Origin: a virus | Lineage: Duplodnaviria; Caudoviricetes | Length of the DNA: 64,000 nucleotides | IMG/VR virus record: IMGVR_UViG_3300021979_000003 | Coordinates: 1 to 64,000 of that record | Direction: 5' to 3' (one strand) | In this document: positions 54,069 to 62,596 of the stretch, in pieces | How positions within the stretch are numbered: the stretch's first letter is position 1 | How the letters are laid out: every line of letters starts with the position of its first letter | Translations under genes and position numbers: made by a program | The notes under the pieces: model-generated | What the model saw: the letters and a program-made list of their open reading frames with translations, nothing else | The model's database searches: none | What the model was told of the DNA's origin: nothing

Positions 54069-54533
54069 TCATTCGTGTTTGGCATATAACTCACTCCGTT
54101 TTAAATGATGTTTGATATCATAAAGATATTTTGTATCTTTTCGGTAAAACAAATATGCAAATACAGGAAAGGCTAGACCTAATCCCACTGATAGTATTAT
54201 GGCACATTTGAAGAATATTGCAAGGGCAACATACGATAAAATAGAAACTAGGTAAAAAGTAATAAAGCGCACCGGCTGTTTGAAAAATGAAAGATATTCG
54301 GCAAGATACCTATCGTCAGGATGCGTCATGTTTTTTATAGAATTGACTCGTCTGGCTTCAATAAAAACCAGTAGTCCATAATATAGATTGAAACTAGCAC
54401 CAACTATAGCCAATGCTTTAAAGGAAGGAAAGATAGCCAAAACAATTATTAGCACGATATTAATAATGAAAAATATCGAACGATAAAGAGAAGCATTGTT
54501 CAAAATCTCATAGAAATGCTTACTTATGACCAC
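54069..54533 (-). CDS. multi-TM membrane protein
   Basis: About 4 hydrophobic segments. Confidence 0.65.
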   Translation of the reverse strand: MVISKHFYEILNNASLYRSIFFIINIVLIIVLAIFPSFKALAIVGASFNLYYGLLVFIEARRVNSIKNMTHPDDRYLAEYLSFFKQPVRFITFYLVSILSYVALAIFFKCAIILSVGLGLAFPVFAYLFYRKDTKYLYDIKHHLKRSELYAKHE

Positions 54534-54667
54534 TATTTTTGCACCTCATGATATCTATATTCGCGTCCACATTTTTTACATTTGTGAATAAATTTGGGAG
54601 GAACAGTCATTACGGCAGTTCCAGTATATACTAATTTCTGATCAGGACAATCCACACAGTATTTCAT
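54533..54667 (-). CDS. small Zn-ribbon protein (44 aa, not in ORF track)
   Basis: MKYCVDCP...HKCKKCG; GAGGA RBS. Confidence 0.65.
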   Translation of the reverse strand: MKYCVDCPDQKLVYTGTAVMTVPPKFIHKCKKCGREYRYHEVQK

Positions 54668-54712
54668 ATCATTTCCTCACATATAAATATATTTATTAAG
54701 GAGTATACATTT

Positions 54713-55060
54713 ATGAAAGCTGGTGACATTATACCACAGAAAGAAAAGATGGGTAAAATAATATCTCATATTGTTAAAAACATAGACAAGGATGGGAAAA
54801 CTGTCTTTACTGGTCAGGAATTGAAAGAGAAGTATGACTATGACTTTATTCATAGTGGGCTTATAGTTACAGTCGATAAGAACATTGATCCATCGCCTGA
54901 CAGAGAATATAAGGTAGATGAGTTCTGGGGTAATGAAATTAGAATTGATATCGCATCAAAGGGTCTATCCAACTCCCAGATCAAAGAGATATTGAAAAAA
55001 GCTTTTGATGAGTATGTAGAAGTTATAAATCGAAAAAGTCAGAAATACGAACAGTTATAA
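54713..55060 (+). CDS. late protein (MKAGDII N-terminus)
   Basis: TATAAATA at 54682-54689, AAGGAG RBS, terminator hairpin AATCCCC/GGGGATT after stop. Confidence 0.75.
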   Translation: MKAGDIIPQKEKMGKIISHIVKNIDKDGKTVFTGQELKEKYDYDFIHSGLIVTVDKNIDPSPDREYKVDEFWGNEIRIDIASKGLSNSQIKEILKKAFDEYVEVINRKSQKYEQL

Positions 55061-55173
55061 AAAATCCCCCATAGGTGGGGGATTCGACATTATAGAACAC
55101 ACTTTGGCAGGCATCAAGCATTCTAATATTATTTATATAGCAATGAGTATCTTTATATAGTAAGTTTAAATTT

Positions 55174-55404
55174 TTATACTAAAGCATAGTTCAAAAAGAC
55201 ATAAAAAAAGTCTCTAAACTTGTCGTCTAAAGACTTTTTATGCTTCACCTTACGGCTATAGTTTTTGTCTCGCCCTTTCTTAGGCTCTTCGACTTTATGC
55301 TTAAACATCGGTGATGTTACTAAAGCTGCGTAATAATTATCTTTTATTGTACCTCTCCCAATATCATGCTTGTGTTTGGGAGTATTCTTTTTTCTCTTAC
55401 TCAT
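55174..55404 (-). CDS. arfA: alternative ribosome-rescue factor A homologue
   Basis: GTIKDNYYAALVTSPMFKHKVEEPKKGRDKNYSRKVKH aligns with E. coli ArfA [37 protein letters not shown]; AGGAG RBS before ATG 55404. Confidence 0.88.
   Translation of the reverse strand: MSKRKKNTPKHKHDIGRGTIKDNYYAALVTSPMFKHKVEEPKKGRDKNYSRKVKHKKSLDDKFRDFFYVFLNYALV
55199..55243 (-). terminator. long hairpin with U-tract inside arfA CDS (terminator or RNase III site)
   Basis: CATAAAAAGTCTTTAGAC-GACAA-GTTTAGAGACTTTTTTTATG, upstream of the stop codon. Confidence 0.75.
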
Positions 55405-55417
55405 TGCATTTCTCCTA

Positions 55418-55789
55418 TTACATTTTAAATCTGGCTCCCTCAATAAATTCTTCAAGTCTCTCAGGGTCCATTGAATTCAAGATACTTTCCAATGATTCAA
55501 AAGTTAGGTCGCCTGCATCATGAATGATAATAGTATCACCCATTGCAAACCTAGCTCTTAAGGTCATTGCATAACAAGTTCTTGTGTCGTTATTTATGGT
55601 TCCCTCTGGCATACCAAACTTTTTTTCTACCTTTTCAAAGTCTTTTGCCAAAAGCTTAAATATACCGTTGAGTTTACTACGTTCTTTAACATAGTCCATG
55701 TACGCAATTCTATGTAAAGAATCTACTTCCACCGACGTATTACTACCATAGCTACGAACCGGCCTGACAATTGCGATATATGATGCCAT
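55418..55789 (-). CDS. hypothetical protein
   Basis: AGGAG RBS, 123 aa. Confidence 0.75.
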   Translation of the reverse strand: MASYIAIVRPVRSYGSNTSVEVDSLHRIAYMDYVKERSKLNGIFKLLAKDFEKVEKKFGMPEGTINNDTRTCYAMTLRARFAMGDTIIIHDAGDLTFESLESILNSMDPERLEEFIEGARFKM

Positions 55790-55845
55790 ATAATTCTCCT
55801 AAAATATTGGTATAAATATTACCATAGTATGCAAAGGGAGTCAAC

Positions 55846-56427
55846 ATGAGCAACTTTTTTGATAAATTTATGGAACTATTTAAACCCAAAAAGGAAGTTG
55901 AGATTCCATATCGTAAAATACATGGGGAACCAATTATGAACATTAATGAAATTAGAAGAACTGACAAATTGTCTGACAATTTTAGACTAAGCGAGTTTCT
56001 AAAATCTCAGACTGCATCACGTAGAGGTATTTCCAACTCTCCAACAGATGAACACCTAAAGAACATGAAAATACTCGTTGACAACGTTTTACAGCCATTG
56101 AGGGAAGATATTGGGAAGCCTCTAGTGATAACAAGCGGATATCGCTCAAAAGAGCTTAATGATGCCATTGGCGGCTCTGAAAACTCACAACACTCTAAGG
56201 GACAAGCTGCTGACATAGAGTGTTTCGGAATGTCTAACCGTGAATTGGCTATATTCATCAGAGATAATTACGAATTTGATCAACTAATTCTAGAGTTCTA
56301 TAATCCTGACGAAGGTGAAAACTCTGGATGGGTTCACGTGTCATTTAATGAAGACCATAACCGCAAGGAAGTTATGACTGCTCTTTCGCAAAATGGTAGC
56401 GTTAACTACCAGTATGGAATTTACTGA
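55846..56427 (+). CDS. peptidase M15 family (probable endolysin)
   Basis: ITSGYRS, SQHSKGQAADI, WVHVS zinc motifs; TATAAATA at 55811-55818. Confidence 0.92.
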   Translation: MSNFFDKFMELFKPKKEVEIPYRKIHGEPIMNINEIRRTDKLSDNFRLSEFLKSQTASRRGISNSPTDEHLKNMKILVDNVLQPLREDIGKPLVITSGYRSKELNDAIGGSENSQHSKGQAADIECFGMSNRELAIFIRDNYEFDQLILEFYNPDEGENSGWVHVSFNEDHNRKEVMTALSQNGSVNYQYGIY

Positions 56428-56846
56428 TAGTAACTGTCCCACTCAGATTCTAAATCAAAAGTATCCAATTCAGATTCTGTCATTGCCTCTATTTTAGAGG
56501 CAATTTTATTTTCAGTGCTGAAAGATTTTTCGATATGCATAGAAACTGTAGTTGCTATCCCAATCATTTGTTCGTAACCAACATCGGTAATCCATCCATT
56601 GTGGCCTTTCCAGTCTATAGACTGCATCATGCCAGATTGCAATGCCATTACAGTTGATGTTATTTTCGCAATAGAACCTTCATCAGTTTTTAATATTATT
56701 CCGTTATAGTCAACGCCACCCGATTCAACTTTTCTTCTAAGGTTTGATAACTTTTTAAGCATAATCTTATGTTTGGTAGTAATAACTTCTTCACTGCCAT
56801 CATATATGTTTATTGTATGACCTTGTGTTTTATATATCTCTTTCAT
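56421..56846 (-). CDS. DUF4376 tail-fibre-associated protein
   Basis: GGVDYNGIILKTDEGS...IDWKGHNGW...IATTVSMHIEKSFSTE. Confidence 0.75.
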   Translation of the reverse strand: MKEIYKTQGHTINIYDGSEEVITTKHKIMLKKLSNLRRKVESGGVDYNGIILKTDEGSIAKITSTVMALQSGMMQSIDWKGHNGWITDVGYEQMIGIATTVSMHIEKSFSTENKIASKIEAMTESELDTFDLESEWDSYYQ

Positions 56847-56848
56847 AA

Positions 56849-57316
56849 TTATTCAATTGGAACAAGTGAAATGAAAATTGTTTCATTTGTTCCCCACCAT
56901 CCTCTATTTCTATTATTGTTTGTAGCGTAAATCTCAATGAACTCATTCACTAAGTAAGGTGGTGTATTACCAGCAATACTACCTATAGTTGTATCCGAAT
57001 GAGCAAAAACGTTTTTTAGAACACCACCAGCCAAATCACTATCAAAAACAACAATGTCATCAATTATGATCTTAGTAATTGAAACACCGTCATCCGAAGT
57101 TTCTATACCGCCGAAATTAAAAACACCCGTTCCTTTCGCAATAAGAACAGGACTGTACGTCTCATTTGGTATTGTAACCTCTAAAACACCTGCGTTTTGG
57201 TCATCATTATTGTAAATATTAAGAGCATTCTCTGGAAGTCTGGGTACTGTGAGTATTCTTCTCAATAGGCTAGATTTTATGTTTTGTTTGTTTCCTCTAA
57301 AATTAATATCAGGCAT
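56849..57316 (-). CDS. probable tail-fibre/structural protein
   Basis: Between structural gene and DUF4376. Confidence 0.6.
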   Translation of the reverse strand: MPDINFRGNKQNIKSSLLRRILTVPRLPENALNIYNNDDQNAGVLEVTIPNETYSPVLIAKGTGVFNFGGIETSDDGVSITKIIIDDIVVFDSDLAGGVLKNVFAHSDTTIGSIAGNTPPYLVNEFIEIYATNNNRNRGWWGTNETIFISLVPIE

Positions 57317-57830
57317 TGATCAATAACTCCCAATCACCACTCCCAGAATATACAATAGTTATCTCAGTCATCGTGTCTAGTGTAAAAGACGATGATGATC
57401 CAGCGGTAGTAATTATCGCTTCAGTTACACTATCGTCTACGTTTAACGTTGATGATGTTATTGCATTAGAACTTCTAATTGTCAACGACTCGCCAACCGA
57501 AACATTACTTGTGGCAGGCAACGTTAATGTCTGGTTACTTGTCAAATAATACTTGACTCCCGTACTTAATGTGATAGATGTTGAAATAACATTATATGAA
57601 CCAACACTAGATACTGCTTTTAATGATTCCGATAATTGCCCTTTGGTCAATGCTTCATCATTATTAACAGCATCACCTATTTGAATTGGTGCAAGTGTGG
57701 TCTTATCACTTTCATAAAAAGTGAACTTACTATTAACGAAGTCATATTTGATCATGCCTCCGCGCTTGCCTAGCTCAAGGTTACTATTGACACTAGACAG
57801 GTTGTAGCTTTTCAATGTTAGAGTACTCAT
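57309..57830 (-). CDS. virion structural protein
   Basis: N-terminal YNLSSVNSNLELGKRG...D.V..D.L.TK paralogous to 21694 protein. Confidence 0.75.
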   Translation of the reverse strand: MSTLTLKSYNLSSVNSNLELGKRGGMIKYDFVNSKFTFYESDKTTLAPIQIGDAVNNDEALTKGQLSESLKAVSSVGSYNVISTSITLSTGVKYYLTSNQTLTLPATSNVSVGESLTIRSSNAITSSTLNVDDSVTEAIITTAGSSSSFTLDTMTEITIVYSGSGDWELLINA

Positions 57831-57948
57831 TTAATTCCCTTAATTTTAATTATTATTCTTGCATAATATTTAGGCTATCACAATGTAACGATTTGTCAAC
57901 GGCAATAAATACTTTAAAGCGCTATCTATTTTAAGGAGAAACATCGTC

Positions 57949-58440
57949 ATGGCTAACATCATAGTCAATGCTAATGGTACTATTAGTGACTCTTTTTCTA
58001 TCGGTAAGTCCGGTAAAGGCATTGTAATATATCAGGGGGATACAATACCATCAAACCTTTTAGGAAATACCGGTGACGTATTCATAAAGAGAACCACTGA
58101 ACCCTTAATTTTAAAAAAGAAGTCAAGTGGTTGGGTCAATATTAGTAACAAAGAAGTAATAACTGTCGCATCAACCACAACTATTTCGCCTACACAATCA
58201 TCTACTTTGTACCTAGCAGATAGCTCATCAAGTAGTCTAACACTAACCTTATCTACGTCAAGCCTAGAAGTTGGTAAAGAAGTAATAATTAAAGACTCCA
58301 CCGGATCATCCTCAATTAATTCAATAACGGTTAATACAGAAGGCTCTGAAACAATAGATGGTCAAGCATCATTTACAATATCTTCGAATTACACTTCCAT
58401 ATCTATCATATCGGATGGTAGTAACTGGTTTATTATTTAA
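57949..58440 (+). CDS. virion structural protein
   Basis: ATAAATA at 57905-57911; GNTGDVFIK and IIKDSTG...ETIDG...SDGSNWF motifs. Confidence 0.75.
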   Translation: MANIIVNANGTISDSFSIGKSGKGIVIYQGDTIPSNLLGNTGDVFIKRTTEPLILKKKSSGWVNISNKEVITVASTTTISPTQSSTLYLADSSSSSLTLTLSTSSLEVGKEVIIKDSTGSSSINSITVNTEGSETIDGQASFTISSNYTSISIISDGSNWFII

Positions 58441-58449
58441 GGAACACAC

Positions 58450-59649
58450 ATGAGCTATATATTTGATAATCAAATAACATTTGAAAGAAATGAACAACTT
58501 GACGCATTTGGAAGACTAAGAATATCAAGTCTACAAACATACTTTGATTCCCCACTAAAACATCACGAAGAAATATACATTTGGGATACCCTAACTATTG
58601 GCAGTGGAACATGGAATTATTCTTTTTCGCAAAATCTTTTAGACGCTTCCGTGACAGGAAATGGGGATAGAGTATTACGTCAGACAAAAGAATATTTTCA
58701 GCTACAAAATGGTAAGTCACATTTTGGTTTTATTGGTGTTGTATTCGGAACTACTACAACTGGTGTCACAAAAAACACAGGTGTCTATGACGATGATAAC
58801 GGATTTATGGTTAGGCAAAGTGGTGATGGTTCTATGAGCTTCGTTATAAGGTCTAGTGCATCAGGAAGCGTACAGGAGTCTGTAATACCACAGGCTTCAT
58901 GGAATATAGATACATTGGATGGCAATGGTCCTAGTGGGATAAATGTGGACTTTGAGAAGCTTCAAATCCTAGCATTTGATATGTCTTATAGTGGGAATGG
59001 TTCTGTGAGATTTGGTGTTATGGTTGAAAACAAAATGATCATTGCTCATCAATCATCCGCTTTCAATCTATATGCAGTAAATAACTTCACCACACCGAGT
59101 CTACCTATTAGCTATGAAATTGAATCAACAAGTGGGGCCTCAACTCTTAAACAACAATCATGTTGTATTATGATAGAAGGAAACTACGAAGAGCGCGGTG
59201 TACAACGCAGTGTGAACACTGGAACAACAGCTAAGAATGTAGGTTCAACGTTAACACCAGTTTTAAGTATAAAACTAAAATCACAATACAGAAAAGGCGT
59301 GATACATCCAGAATCCTTCAACATACTACAGACATCAAATAATAAAACACTTTATTATGCAATATATATGTACACATCATTAACTGGCGCAAGCTGGTCA
59401 GAGTCCCAATCCGGCACAAATTGTATTGCTGAAGTAGACACATCAGCAACTGCGTTTTCTGGCGGAATATTAGTTGATTCTGGATATCTACCAGCAAAAG
59501 CTACTACAACGATTTCTGAAAAATTTAACAATATACTAAGTTTGGCTGGTGATATAGCAGGAAATACAGATATTCTAACAATTGCAATTGCGGGTGTAGG
59601 TGGATCAGTACCATGTTTCGCATCATTAAATTATTATGAAGTTTATTAA
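58450..59649 (+). CDS. virion structural protein
   Basis: DAFGRLRIS...F...GVYDDDNGF...LPISYEI pattern typical of large myovirus structural proteins. Confidence 0.75.
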   Translation: MSYIFDNQITFERNEQLDAFGRLRISSLQTYFDSPLKHHEEIYIWDTLTIGSGTWNYSFSQNLLDASVTGNGDRVLRQTKEYFQLQNGKSHFGFIGVVFGTTTTGVTKNTGVYDDDNGFMVRQSGDGSMSFVIRSSASGSVQESVIPQASWNIDTLDGNGPSGINVDFEKLQILAFDMSYSGNGSVRFGVMVENKMIIAHQSSAFNLYAVNNFTTPSLPISYEIESTSGASTLKQQSCCIMIEGNYEERGVQRSVNTGTTAKNVGSTLTPVLSIKLKSQYRKGVIHPESFNILQTSNNKTLYYAIYMYTSLTGASWSESQSGTNCIAEVDTSATAFSGGILVDSGYLPAKATTTISEKFNNILSLAGDIAGNTDILTIAIAGVGGSVPCFASLNYYEVY

Positions 59650-59660
59650 GGTAAAATAGT

Positions 59661-60467
59661 ATGGCTATAAAAAGAAAAATTACAGCACAACCAATCCCAG
59701 ATGTAGACGCATCACCTGACTATAAAGATCAGGATAGAGTATTTGATGCACTAGCGCCAGAAGGCGTAGGTTGGAAGTTGGAAAACAGCTTTCGAGGTGA
59801 ATATAACATATTCCATGTATGGAAGAAAGGCGATATAAATTACGACGATGGTATGGAAAACTATTGGACAAGTAAAGGTGATGACTTAATAAATGGAACG
59901 GTTGGTGACGGTCAGAAGTTTTCTATATCTATGGGAACTGGTGAAACTACTAAGAGTGTTGAAGGGTCTTTCTTACCTTATGAATCTTTTATCTACGGCG
60001 GTACTATTTTCTGGGAAGGCGATAGTAATAAGAAAACTGTAACTTTGGATGTTGTTGCAACTGCTGCATCGCTAACAACAGGTGATAGTGTTATTGTGGA
60101 GTCTGGGACTAACAAGGTGGTTCCAAAATCAGATAACTCAGGGACAAATGCACTTGATGGTATACCGACATTGGTTGATAATAAAACCTCAACTGGTTGG
60201 TGGGACTTCATCGACAATGAATTGGTTCCTAACTTTAACATGGAAGGTAGCTTTGATATATACACAGTGGATAAAACTGTTGCTAGACTTTTAAACGATT
60301 TCGATTTAATGCCTAAAGCATCGGGTGAGAGTTGTATAAAGGCCGATAATGCTTGGAAAGTATTTCCCGGTTATAAATTTAAACTTATTGCCAACAATAT
60401 AGAAGATGGTAATTGGGATGTTAGTTTAGTATTCCATATGATCAAAAGAAAAACAGTGAGTTATTAA
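59661..60467 (+). CDS. probable structural protein
   Basis: Co-transcribed with structural genes. Confidence 0.65.
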   Translation: MAIKRKITAQPIPDVDASPDYKDQDRVFDALAPEGVGWKLENSFRGEYNIFHVWKKGDINYDDGMENYWTSKGDDLINGTVGDGQKFSISMGTGETTKSVEGSFLPYESFIYGGTIFWEGDSNKKTVTLDVVATAASLTTGDSVIVESGTNKVVPKSDNSGTNALDGIPTLVDNKTSTGWWDFIDNELVPNFNMEGSFDIYTVDKTVARLLNDFDLMPKASGESCIKADNAWKVFPGYKFKLIANNIEDGNWDVSLVFHMIKRKTVSY

Positions 60468-60469
60468 GC

Positions 60470-60958
60470 TCACTGTTTTTGAAATATCACAAGGTTTACA
60501 CCTTTTGCTTTAATATTTTCCACAAATTCAAACTTTTTCATTTCGAGATATCTTAGCATTTTCGGATGCTCCAAGAATTTCTCTAGTTTTTTAAGATCAG
60601 CGTCAGTCACTGCTACGAACTTGAGTTGATCAATTCTGGTATAGAACTTGCTAATAACAACTTCCAACATCTTCTCCAACTCATCTTTATGGCTATAAGC
60701 CTTGTTTACGTTGACAGGATTCATTAACTGCTCAATAGAACCTACTACGATACTGAACACATCCGGGTTATTGGTAGTACTAAAAAGAATTCTACCATCA
60801 GTATAAAGTAAAACAACTAGATAAAGATTATTTCCGACTTCTGACGCTATCGCAAATGTTTTCTTTTCGGGAAGGTATTTTACTTTACCGTCATTGAATT
60901 CTTCGTTTGATCCATATGAAGCTTCATATAAGTCTGACTCTCGCATTATTAGCTCCAA
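60470..60958 (-). CDS. hypothetical protein (N-terminal MRESDLYE)
   Basis: 162-aa ORF in leftward operon. Confidence 0.7.
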   Translation of the reverse strand: MELIMRESDLYEASYGSNEEFNDGKVKYLPEKKTFAIASEVGNNLYLVVLLYTDGRILFSTTNNPDVFSIVVGSIEQLMNPVNVNKAYSHKDELEKMLEVVISKFYTRIDQLKFVAVTDADLKKLEKFLEHPKMLRYLEMKKFEFVENIKAKGVNLVIFQKQ

Positions 60959-61431
60959 TCGTCATCTATTGCTTGTGAATATTCCCCACTAAAGGACATC
61001 ATACCAATATCCTTTAGCCTCTCACTATCAGGCAATTCACCTTCGTAGTCATAGCTTAAGGTTACATGTGGCGAATAATCATCATATGAATGTATAAACC
61101 CGCTTGCTAAGAGTTCATCATGACGCGCTTGTAAATCTTTTGACTCAAGCTTTACCACCAGACAATTCTTTTCTGGACCAAACAGTGCAAACCCAACAGG
61201 CTTTGCTTCGTAAGTAAGATCACTCGGTGGAATAAGAGGATTACCTTTATCTTCTGAATACATTAATGTTACATGTATTTTCTCATCTTCAATAGGATTC
61301 TTAAGCTTTAAGCTCTTAATTAAGTCTTTAATTTTTTCCATTCCATCTTCGTCAGGAACAACACCAAAATATGTTCCATTTTTAAAAGACTTATAGTAAT
61401 ACTCAAATTTACTTTTATCAAAATAACTCAT
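60949..61431 (-). CDS. acb1: 2H phosphoesterase, T4 57B / anti-CBASS Acb1 homologue
   Basis: NPIEDEKIHVTLMYS and HSYDDYSPHVTLSY match T4 57B NPVPREKIHSTICYS and HDFDDYTPHITLSY. Confidence 0.9.
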   Translation of the reverse strand: MSYFDKSKFEYYYKSFKNGTYFGVVPDEDGMEKIKDLIKSLKLKNPIEDEKIHVTLMYSEDKGNPLIPPSDLTYEAKPVGFALFGPEKNCLVVKLESKDLQARHDELLASGFIHSYDDYSPHVTLSYDYEGELPDSERLKDIGMMSFSGEYSQAIDDDWS

Positions 61432-62357
61432 CGTTTGCCCTCAATATACTGTTTAAATATTGAGTCATGTTCTTCCTCAATATCATCACTCCAATCGAAA
61501 TTATCATCATCGTCTCTATTTCTCTCCAAGCTTTCCATGATTGCGTTGTTATGATGGTTGTACATACTTTCAACCATAGTTTCTACTTGAGAATTAAATA
61601 GGATGTCGTTTATATCTTCATCTAAATTTATTTCATTTGATTCTTTAAACTTTGCAGGGTTTCTTTTAAAGAAGTCTGCAATACCAACTGCGGCAGCAAA
61701 ACCAATAATGCTACCCACCAAATAGTTATAATCATCAGCCACTTTTCTCTTAAGCTTCTTAGGTAGGTAAGAATATACTTTTTTGGGCTTGGCGTTTGGT
61801 GCGTCAGGGTTATCTTTTTGATACTCTTTATACAAAGAGTTCATAGACTTGTACATCTTGATATACTTACCACGATACTCTTCAAATATTTCCTTTTCGG
61901 CTTCAGGGCTTAATCCAAAAGATGATATTAGCTCTTCAAAAAACTTGGAACTGTAAAGCATACCATTCTTTTCATACTTCTGAATCATTAGATTATAATC
62001 AAAGTACATCTTATCTTTAAGCTTCTTAGTCATTACCTTTACTTGCTTCTTCATTTGTTTAGACATAGAAGCATTGTTACGTGTGGTGACCTTACGCATA
62101 GCTTTCTTATAAGCATCTTCCGTTCCAGATTTAAGATCACCCATAAGGTTCTTTGCACCTTTGAAAAGAGAGCCTAGACTATCTTTCAATCCTTCGTCTA
62201 GGTTCTCTTTGTCCATGTACATAAACATGAAAGTCATTCCATTTTGATCTTCAAAAATCATGTCACATGGTATTTTATTTAATTCTGAAACAAGTTCACT
62301 TTCATTTTCCTTTGATGCTTCAGATATAACGTTTCTTAGTTTCTTAATGTCAGCCAT
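61428..62357 (-). CDS. probable head core/internal protein
   Basis: Repeated (I/L/V/M)xE sites (ISE, VSE, LDE, MVES, IMES) and acidic C-terminus. Confidence 0.55.
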   Translation of the reverse strand: MADIKKLRNVISEASKENESELVSELNKIPCDMIFEDQNGMTFMFMYMDKENLDEGLKDSLGSLFKGAKNLMGDLKSGTEDAYKKAMRKVTTRNNASMSKQMKKQVKVMTKKLKDKMYFDYNLMIQKYEKNGMLYSSKFFEELISSFGLSPEAEKEIFEEYRGKYIKMYKSMNSLYKEYQKDNPDAPNAKPKKVYSYLPKKLKRKVADDYNYLVGSIIGFAAAVGIADFFKRNPAKFKESNEINLDEDINDILFNSQVETMVESMYNHHNNAIMESLERNRDDDDNFDWSDDIEEEHDSIFKQYIEGKR

Positions 62358-62362
62358 TTAAT

Positions 62363-62596
62363 TTACCTTTTTGTAAACCTGAATTTTTGAGGGTTACGAT
62401 TTTTAATAGCAGACAGTAGACGCTTTTCCAACAAAGCAGCCGCTTCTTCCCCGTACTTTTCTTCAATCTCTTCAATTAAATTAATACTAGAATTAATTAC
62501 GTGATCTGCTCGTGTTTTAATAACAGCTTCCGAAAGTCGGCTACGGCCATTATCCATTAAGCAATCTAAGATTCCGCTACTCATGTTTCTTCCCAA
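62363..62596 (-). CDS. conserved large-phage hypothetical protein
   Basis: TRADHVINSSINLIE...LEKRLLSAIKNRNPQKF, downstream of helicase. Confidence 0.7.
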   Translation of the reverse strand: MGRNMSSGILDCLMDNGRSRLSEAVIKTRADHVINSSINLIEEIEEKYGEEAAALLEKRLLSAIKNRNPQKFRFTKR

